Positions 9,533-16,938 of a DNA stretch of 20,776 nt are shown here, piece after piece. The notes under the pieces were generated by a model. That model saw only the letters and a program-made list of their open reading frames with translations. It did no database searches and was not told the DNA's origin. The DNA is from Cyanophora paradoxa CCMP329 (Eukaryota > Plantae > Glaucophyta): contig QPMI01000698.1 in NCBI GenBank assembly GCA_004431415.1, positions 1 to 20,776 of the forward strand, in the 5' to 3' direction. Within the stretch, counting starts at the first letter, position 1. Each line of letters opens with the position of its first letter. The translations under genes and the position numbers were made by a program.

Positions 9533-11162
9533 ATGGCTTCCGCGCTCATCTCCACCCCCACGACCGCCCTCGCGCAGTCGCTCCTGAGCTCGAACTCGTC
9601 GGTGCATGTGCCCGACTCCTTCGACACGGCGACGCCGTTCGTGGACGAGGTGCTGGAGGTTAGCCCCGTGCAGGCCTCGCCCAATTTCGACACCGTCGTC
9701 GATTTCGTCGTGCCCCACTCCGGCCCGTTCATCTCCGACGTCTGGCTCCGGGCGACCCTGCCCGACCTTGCGGACGACACCAAATTTTACCTTCCCAAGG
9801 CCGGATTTATTTTGCTCAAGAAGGTCAAGGTGTTCGTGGGGACGCAGCTCGTGCACGAGTACGAGGGCGCCTACGATGCGATCTACGACGAGCTCGAGCA
9901 GGATCGCTCCCTCCCCACAACGCCAACCTCATCAACGAGTGCTGGGCGCCCCAGCTCCTGCAGCGCCGCTCCAACCACGGGGCCATGAGCCTCACCATCC
10001 CAAGGTGTTCGTGGGGACGCAGCTCGTGCACGAGTACGAGGGCGCCTACGATGCGATCTACGACGAGCTCGAGCAGGATCGCTCCCTCCCCACAACGCCA
10101 ACCTCATCAACGAGTGCTGGGCGCCCCAGCTCCTGCAGCGCCGCTCCAACCACGGGGCCATGAGCCTCACCATCCCACTGCGCATTCTCAACGGCTTCGG
10201 TCGCAAGAACGCCGTGCCCCTCTACAAGCTCCGTAGCACCGGCAACGACCTGAAGATTCAGATCACATTTGCGCGCCTCAACGAGCTCAACGTCACCTAC
10301 GCCTCGACGGCAAACCACACGGCCGGCACCAGCGCCGGCAACCTCGAAAGCGTCAAGCTCATGGTCCGCTACACGCACGTTTCCGCCTACGAGCTGAGCC
10401 TCCAGCCCAACAGCGTTACCTACCCCGGCAAGTTCATGCAGTCCTACGAGGTCGGCTTCAAGTCGGGCGCCGCGATTCGGCTGCCCTTCACCGGAGTTTG
10501 CTACGAGCTGGTGGTCGTTGTGCGCGATGCCACGCCGACGGCGGCGGCCAAGGAGTTCTGGAAGTTCCGGCCCCTCACGAAGATCGGCCTCAAGTGCGAT
10601 AATATTAAGGTGGTGGACGACTCCGTCCTGGACGCGAATTTCATCCGCACTGTCATTTGTTCGCGCGAGCACCGCAACGTGCCGACGCGCAAGTTCCTCG
10701 AGCTGCTGCAGGGCTTCGCGGCGTCCACCGACGCGGAGGCGCAAAACCTGATTACGGCGCCCGCCGCCGGGGATGTCGCCTACGACGCAAGGGAGCCGCG
10801 GCGCTCAAGGCCTCCAGACGGCGCTCCTTGCCAACCCCTGGTCGGGCAACGACACACCCGTCACGACCGTGGAGACGCAGGACAGGACCAACAGCGACAT
10901 TGTTCCCGCCTCGACCGCGACCGGCCAGTTCGGCGTCGAGTACATCTACTCGCTGCCCTTCGGCACCGAGGTCGGCGACGACACCAAGATGTTCGGCGGC
11001 CTGGACTTTGGCGCCTTCAAGACCGTCGAGCTCACCCTCACGACGGCCAAGACCGGCGCGGGCAACCCTCCCGCTGCCTTCGAGGGCCACGCCACCATCT
11101 ACTGCCGCTACTACAACGAGATCAGCTACGTGGGCGGCGGCGCCTACCGCCGTTTCCAGTAG
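9533..11162 (+). CDS. MCP: NCLDV-type double-jelly-roll major capsid protein; frameshifts near 9915 and 10790 plus an internal 175-bp duplication
   Basis: DFVVPHSGPFISDVWLRATLPDL; LLKKVKVFVGTQLVHEYEG; LTIPLRI..NAVPLYKL..DLKIQITF; YIYSLPF..GGLDFGAF; IYCRYYNEISYVGGGA. These motifs are colinear with NCLDV MCP. Confidence 0.9.
9826..10175 (+). repeat. Tandem duplication of 175 bp inside MCP
   Basis: 9826-10000 equals 10001-10175 (CAAGGTGTTCGTGGG...CTCACCATCC), with no differences seen by eye. Confidence 0.95.
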
Positions 11163-11234
11163 TCGCCTAGCCCCCTCCCCTGTACGCCGATTTGAACCAA
11201 TAAATTTTCCCATTGGGATCCTAACCGAGGCACG

Positions 11235-12350
11235 ATGACGAAGGCCACTCTATGATGGACATTGGGAGGGCTCTAAGAAGCAGCGCCAGTCGCTGAAGAA
11301 CGACCTGAAGGGCGAGGTGACGGGAATTATCGAGAAGTATGCACCCGGCACGATTCTGCCCGAGGTGCCAGTTCCAGCGGGCAAAGGCGATGTGTACACG
11401 CCGAGGACGTGGCCCGCGGCCTGGGCCAGAGCGGTACGGATACCAAGGCCCTGCCGGCCATGAAGTACACCCCGCAGATGGAGAAGCTGATGCGGATGGG
11501 CATCCGACAGCAGCTGCAGAATGCCTACCCCAACCGTCAGATCAACGAAGAGGACGTCGAGAATGCGTTCACGCTGCGGAAGGAAATCATGATTCGCGAT
11601 TTCGACCAGTGGGCGATGACGGCCTTCGACCTGAAGCAGCCAGGCGTGGCTAAAATGCTCGAGGAATATTACCCCGAGCTGCTCGAGCGAATTACGAATA
11701 TGATCGAGCAGGATATCGAAATTCAGCGTTTCGATAAGTACCAGAAGGTTTTCTTCCCGATGAACTACGACGATCTCGTCATGAAGTGGGCACGCGAGCG
11801 CGGCTGGATCAAGACAATGGAGGAAATCGAGAAGGAGAACCTGCTCGGCCCTGCAGGCCGGTACGCCAAGGAGACGGCCGGTGGGAGGGCCTCCGCGCCG
11901 GCTACACGCCCGACCTCTCGCCCATGTTCAACGCACAGACTGCGAACATTAGCAGCTCCGTCAACAGGCCCTACGGCCGCAACGACGTCGACTTCTCCAA
12001 GGGCAATCCGTTCGTGCCATTCTCATGGATCAGCACGGCACGCGAGGCCCCGCGGTTGCGACTGCGACCCCGTACGCGGACCAGAACATGCTACCTGCCA
12101 CGGTGAATCCCCGCCCGGGGCTAGATAGTTTAATCCCCGCCATTACGGCCAGTCAGCTTCAATCGACTCGTGGAAGGGGACGGTAGCCGGGATGACAGAG
12201 GCTGCTCAGAATCCAATTCAAGCTGCGTTCCAGGCCCTCGTCCTGGGCACCGAGACAGCACAGCAAAACATCCTCCGCGAAACCAATACCCGGAAGGCGG
12301 AGCATATACTGCCGCCGCAGCCGCCCTGCAGCCTGGTCGCTAATTTCTAA
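11235..12350 (+). CDS. Hypothetical viral protein downstream of MCP; several frameshifts, ends approximate
   Basis: ATG 11235 follows TAAATTTTCC; core ORF 11409-~11880 (IRDFDQWAMTAF..FFPMNYDDL); coding-like frames continue to TAA at 12350. Confidence 0.6.
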
Positions 12351-12365
12351 CGCACACGCAAGCAC

Positions 12366-12690
12366 ATGGCAGCGACGGAGGCGACGCTGGGCGAGCAGAT
12401 CGAGGCGCGCTGGGGCCGCTTCCTCGACCTGCTGGAGCCGAGGCCAAGGAGCCGGGGTGCGGGCGCAGATCCAGTCGCTGCGCGGTATAGGCGCCACGGC
12501 GGTCATCGTTCTATTTAGGAGGCACATCAACGCGGAGGCCGAATTCATTAAGGCACGGACGATCAAGTTTTCGCGAAGCTGCCGCAGGAGTACGCTCGGC
12601 CGTGCGCTCGCTCTTCTACGGGAGCGGCCCGAGCTGCGCGAGAAGCTGTGGCTTTACATCGAGCTCTTCGTCGAGCTGACCTCGGAGTAA
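12366..12690 (+). CDS. Hypothetical helical protein; frameshifted
   Basis: MAATEATLGEQIEARWGRFLDLL...LREKLWLYIELFVELTSE*; TAATTTCTAA motif 18 nt upstream. Confidence 0.65.
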
Positions 12691-12725
12691 AAATCCGAGG
12701 AAATTTCTAAGGGGCAAGCGTAACG

Positions 12726-13522
12726 ATGGACCCCTCTGCGATGCTGGGCTTCGACGCGCTGGCCGTGGACGGGCCGAACCCGTGGGGATCCCGCAGCCTC
12801 GGAAGAAGGCCGCCCCGCGAAGGAAGGCAAGGAAAAGGGCGAGAAGGCGCCGAAGGCCGACAAGACGGCGCTGCCGGGCGACGGGCCCACGGTGCCGCCG
12901 ACGCGCCGAGCAAGGGGCGAGCTTCAGCGTGCAGGAGCACATCGAAATGACGAAAAAGAAGGAACAGAGCGTGAAGAAGGCGCTGGGGATCGACCTGCAG
13001 GAGAAGCCGCGCGACGAGGCGCAGACGGACGTGGACGAGAAGAAGCAGGTTCTGCGTCAGATCGCGCAGTACAGGCGCTCGTTCGGGGCGAGCTAACGTC
13101 CACGAAAAAGCTGAGCCTCGCGACGCCGCTGGACGAGCTGAAGGAAGAGTACGAGGAAATTCAGCGCGAGCTGAGCACGCGGGGTTCGCTGGAGGCGGCG
13201 CGCCTCTTTCTGATCGCGGGCATGCACTCGCTGGAGCACCTTAACAAAGCGTACGATCCGATCGGCCTGAAGTTAGACGGGCTCGGCAGGCGACGCTCTC
13301 TTCCATGGACCAGGTGCAGCCGATCTTAGAGGAGCTGGTGATTAAGTACTCGCGCTACGTGACCCTGGGCCCGAGGCGCGCCTGGGGATGGCCCTTGTGC
13401 AGACGGTGCTGGCGGTGCACGCGGCCAACGCGAACCCGGAGATGATGAAGGAGGTGACGGAGGCGGCGGCCTCGACGGCGGCGGAGCCCAAAGCGGTGGG
13501 CGGCAAGTTCAACGGCCTTTGA
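12726..13522 (+). CDS. DUF5767-like conserved NCLDV protein; several frameshifts
   Basis: LDELKEEYEEI..LEHLNKAYDPIGLKLDGL..PILEELVIKY..LGPEARLGMALVQTVLAVHAAN resembles the recalled family pattern (EFLN..YDP...KLDGW..FEEL..KY..PE.RL...H..N). AAATTTCTAAGG motif 18 nt upstream. Confidence 0.7.
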
Positions 13523-13563
13523 TTGTAAACGCTTGTAATCAATTGCACCAGAGAATTTACAAT
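13522..13563. terminator. AT-rich imperfect hairpin between convergent genes
   Basis: ATTGTAAA (13522-13529) and TTTACAAT (13556-13563) fill the gap between the two stop codons. Confidence 0.35.
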
Positions 13564-14354
13564 TTATTCGTCTAAACTACTGCATGGGGTGGTGTACATA
13601 GACTCGGGGTTTAGGTAGGGCTCGAAATCGGCCTCGTTGTCGTAGGGCTTGAAGGCCAGCTCGGGCGTGCGGCCGGCGAAGCGAAAGGCGCCGACCTTGC
13701 ACTGCTGCACGGCGAGGAAGGACCACTTGAGGCCGAACTTGCCCTCGGGATGGCGTAGGCGGTGTCGATTTTAACGAGGGCCGCCACCAGGTCGCCGTGC
13801 CGATGGTGGCGCGCTCGGTGATGAGGTAGTTGGACATGTCGACGACGGGCACGGTCTTGCGCTTGCCGGCCATCGTCTGCGTGCGGATGCGCATGTTGAG
13901 GTACTTGTAGAAGGCCTGGCCCGACTCCTTGTCGACCTTGATGCGGACGCTGGGCGTCTGCAGCACCGAGATCTGATCCTTGGAGAGGCTGCGGCCGGGC
14001 GAGACTTGAGCTTGGCCTGGTTCTGCTGCACGAACTCGCAGAATTTCGCGTCCAGGGCCTCCAGCAGCTTGAGGAATTCGTCCGCGGCTGGTTCGTCTGG
14101 CCGTCGACGGCGCTGAGATCGGTGAGGTCCAGCGTGTAAAATCCGCCGTTTTCTTCCATGACGAAGGCCTTCTTCTCGTCGCTCCACGCCTTGCCTTGCT
14201 CGGTGTTGATGCAGGGGTTGATCGTGACCATGGGCGGCGCGTACATCATGAGGCCCTGCAGGCCGTCGTACTTGGCCTTGATGCGGCCGTTGGCATCGAT
14301 TTCGAAGGCGAGCTTGGCGGGGTCGATCTCGGTGGCGTTGCGGACGGTGGCCAT
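13564..14354 (-). CDS. OB-fold ssDNA-binding protein (T7 gp2.5/DUF2738-like NCLDV SSB); frameshifted
   Basis: MATVRNATEIDPAKLAF..FYTLDL..EFLKLLEALDAKFCEFV..HGDLVAALVKIDTAYAIP/EGKFGLKWSFLAVQ with an acidic/aromatic tail. Confidence 0.7.
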
Positions 14355-14408
14355 GTTGTCTGAGCTTAGTGTGCGATCAGCTAGCGCTAGAAAATATTTA
14401 AGGCCGCC

Positions 14409-14457
14409 CCACCTGACTTCAGGCTGACCTCGGTGAGCGCTCAGGTGATTCAGGTAA
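14409..14457. promoter_or_regulatory. TCAGGTGA/CACCTGA motif cluster upstream of SSB
   Basis: CCACCTGA 14409, TCAGGTGA 14441, TCAGGTAA 14450, plus degenerate copies. Confidence 0.5.
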
Positions 14458-14752
14458 AACACGTGTTCAATCGTCTCACTGGGGAGGGGAGAGCCTCAAT
14501 CACGGCTACGCGAATATTCGAGAGTCTAAATCTGGCGCTGGGGCTGGCGACGGCGTACAGGGTGATCTCGTTCTTGGCGGGATTGAGCATGATGTGCTGG
14601 AAGCAGTCGCCCTTGCGGCACTCCAGCGAGATGTTGCGCAGCAGCCTGCAGTAGTTGAAGCAGATCTCGCCGTTCTCGTCGAGATCCTCGTCCATGGCCT
14701 CGTACTCGAAGATGCCGAAGGTCAGGCAGCAGGTCTCGTACTTGGGGCGCAC
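14450..14752 (-). CDS. Hypothetical protein (~100 aa), start uncertain
   Basis: Coding-like codon usage, globular composition, lies between two motif clusters. Confidence 0.55.
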   Translation of the reverse strand: MRPKYETCCLTFGIFEYEAMDEDLDENGEICFNYCRLLRNISLECRKGDCFQHIMLNPAKNEITLYAVASPSARFRLSNIRVAVIEALPSPVRRLNTCFT

Positions 14753-14818
14753 ATTCTTGATTTCTCTTGGCTGTGAAGTGTGAGCGAGGGCGCGGCGCGG
14801 CTGCGGTTTTGAGGCCGT

Positions 14819-14849
14819 TCAGGTGAGGGTCAGGTGAGCGCTCACCTGA
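14819..14849. promoter_or_regulatory. TCAGGTGA cluster including the perfect 20-bp palindrome TCAGGTGAGCGCTCACCTGA
   Basis: Copies at 14819, 14830 and (inverted) 14842; abuts repeat copy A. Confidence 0.55.
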
Positions 14850-14850
14850 A

Positions 14851-16225
14851 GAGGGGGGAGAAGTGACGCGGACGCGAATACGTCATAGTCGAATACGTCA
14901 TAGTCCAAAACCTGGACTCGGGACTTGCCCAGGCCCCGCCGGTAAAAAAATAAGCTCGGACTGGCGCCATTTCTGAACCCCGGCTAGCTGCTTAATCCAG
15001 TACCATGGAGCCCGCCATCTCCCAGCTAGTCTCCAGGGCGCCAAGCTCGACAAGCCCTCAGTATCTACCTTCAGCTGATCGAGCTGGCCTGGCCGAGCCA
15101 ATGATAGCTCAGGCCTGCAAATCGCTCCACGTGGCGTTCGATGCGCCGTTCTCAGGTGACCCGACTCAGATGACATCCTGACCAAGGAGGAGATAAAAGC
15201 CGACTTCGAGGCGCTTTTCTCATTTATGAGCAAGAAGTATGCCGAAATCGAAGCAGCTAAAGCCGCAGCCGCAGCCGAAGACGAAGGCGCAGAAGGCACC
15301 GAAGCCTCAGCCGAAGGCCCTGCCGGCGACGAAGGCACCGAAGTTCAAGGCGCTGGCCCTCTGCAGAAGGCCAAGGCCAAGCCGACCTGCTTCCGCGTAG
15401 GCCCAAGGACATAGCCAAGGAGGCCAGCAGCCACAGGCCCGACTGGCCGCGCCGGCGCCCTACCGCTACCTCAAGCTGACAAGCGCAACGATACCGGCTT
15501 CACCAGGAGGAGGTGGCCTGAGCCCCTTCGGTGGCTGAAGCCAAGGGAGATCAAGTCTGGAGGCGTATCGAGCTAGCGCTAGCGCTAGGAGGAGGCGGTG
15601 CAGACTTAGAGGAGCAGGCGCTGCTAGATACCATCAACTTGGGCAGGGTAGAGCTAGCTAGCTAGCTGGTATCGATATCTAGCTAGCCTAGCGCTAGCCC
15701 AGTGCTTAATTAATTAACTGAAAGGTTGCGGAGGTTGCGGACGCGTCACAAATACGTCATAGTCGAATACGTCATAGTCCAAAACCTGGACTCGGGACTC
15801 GGCCCGGGCCCGCCGGTAAAAAAAGAGACTTGAACAAAAACACCGTACCCCGGTATTTAACTTGAAATCATCATGACATCATGTTCAAGTTGCTATGACA
15901 TTAACTACATTCAAAAGCAATGAATGCATAGATTATTATTATACTAAGTATTATTATTATTATAATAGGGGTACAGTATTATTATTTGAAACTTGGCGAG
16001 AGTCTGGGCCAGTCCCAAGTCCAGGTTTTGACTATGACGTATTCGACTATGACGTATCGGACGCGTCACTTCTCCCCTACTCAGCTGAACCAGCGGGGGT
16101 AGAGATGATGCGCCAATCCGAGTCTATTTTTTTACCGCAGGGCCCGGCCGAGTCCCGAGTCCAGGTTTTGGACTATGACGTATTCGACTATGACGTATTC
16201 GCGTCCGCGTCACTTCTCCCCCCTC
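14851..16225. repeat. Four-copy nested inverted repeat: A 14851-14990 (+), B 15738-15851 (+), C 15968-16077 (-), D 16082-16225 (-)
   Basis: 14851-14925 is the exact reverse complement of 16151-16225 (75 bp). Every copy has two GAATACGTCATAGTC units followed by a CAAAACCTGGACT(C/T)GGGACT-like block. Confidence 0.92.
15005..15414 (+). pseudogene. Degenerate or frameshifted ORF between repeat copies A and B
   Basis: ATG 15005; coding-like stretch DDILTKEEIKADFEALFSFMSKKYAEIEAAKAAAAAEDEG. Confidence 0.35.
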
Positions 16226-16278
16226 CTACGTTCGCAGCCGCCGGGCACCTCCACAATTTTCCGAGGTACCCAGCAAGC

Positions 16279-16563
16279 ATGGACTTACTGACTGCGCAGG
16301 TATCAAGCAGGAGCCCGAGGACCTTCTCTCCGCCGCCGCCGCCTCCGCCCCCAAGCAGCGCCGCCGCCGCGGCCCAAGTCCCTCAGCTCCGAGCCCGAAT
16401 CCTGGCGACGCCGGCCCGCGAGCCAGAGACCGTGGACTTGACCCTGGAGGAGCCCGCGCGCGGCCCGCCCCGCCTCCTGATCCTGGCCGCGGCGGCCGCG
16501 CGCTCTACTACGCGGCCGGCGCCTGGCCCGCAGCTCTCGGGCCTGGCCCGGAACCTTTTCTAA
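16279..16563 (+). CDS. Pro/Ala-rich hypothetical viral protein (94 aa)
   Basis: ATG lies 17 nt after AATTTTC(CGAGG), the same extended motif as at 2764 and upstream of 4118. Confidence 0.5.
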   Translation: MDLLTAQVSSRSPRTFSPPPPPPPPSSAAAAAQVPQLRARILATPAREPETVDLTLEEPARGPPRLLILAAAAARSTTRPAPGPQLSGLARNLF

Positions 16564-16572
16564 GTCTTGCCA

Positions 16573-16938
16573 ATGGAGGCCCTGCTAGATCTCATGGCCT
16601 TTGCGCTGCCCATCTTCTTCCTAGTGGCCTCAGCCGCATGGAGCGCGAGGCGCGCCAGCCCGAGCGCGTCGAGCGCGGCCTCACCCCCGAAGAGCAGCGC
16701 TACCCCGGCACTTTGGCTCACCCACGCATTGCGTCGAAATTTGAGTCATTTTCGACGCAGTGCTCCAATTTCACGCAATGCTGAAAATGCGTCGGGTTTC
16801 AAGCAGCGCTTAAACCCCACGCAGTGCGACGCAGCTGCCCGAAACTTCGAAGCACCGCGACTGCGCCAAATTCCCACTGCGTCTGGCTGCGTCGAGCGAT
16901 GCAGCCTGGCAGCGCTAGCAGGCGTATCCTATAGCTAG
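16573..16938 (+). CDS. Small protein with N-terminal hydrophobic helix; 3' part runs into a repeat cluster
   Basis: MEALLDLMAFALPIFFLVASAAW; TTTTCTAAG motif 12 nt upstream. Confidence 0.35.
   Translation: MEALLDLMAFALPIFFLVASAAWSARRASPSASSAASPPKSSATPALWLTHALRRNLSHFRRSAPISRNAENASGFKQRLNPTQCDAAARNFEAPRLRQIPTASGCVERCSLAALAGVSYS
16724..16894. repeat. Cluster of ACGCAnTGC/CTGCGTCG motifs in both orientations, with a hairpin
   Basis: About 9 copies; stem 16726-16739 pairs with 16750-16763 (one G-T). Confidence 0.65.

Larger units (their letters stand above)
1..16935. mobile_element. Endogenous viral element, Mriyaviricetes-like (small NCLDV relative); continues past the left edge, right boundary approximate
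   Basis: Dense intron-less gene array with MCP, A32 ATPase, VLTF3, RuvC, SSB and two HUH proteins. The shared upstream motif persists to ~16560, then sequence becomes gene-poor and repeat-rich. Confidence 0.85.

Noticed and set aside
14876-16200. CRISPR-like array from the 15-bp repeats
   Set aside because: Units are directly adjacent pairs with no unique spacers, and no cas genes are present.
14840-16235. Target-site duplication around the A-D inverted repeat
   Set aside because: The flanks CACCTGAA and CTACGTTC do not match.
15895-16278. N-terminal part of the 222-aa ORF (YYYY, DYDVFDYDV)
   Set aside because: Translation of the AT core and iteron repeats; the likely real start is 16279.
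1-16935. Classification as Polinton/Maverick, PLV or virophage
   Set aside because: MCP motifs are NCLDV-type and VLTF3 is present; no pPolB, RVE integrase or adenain protease is seen in the window.
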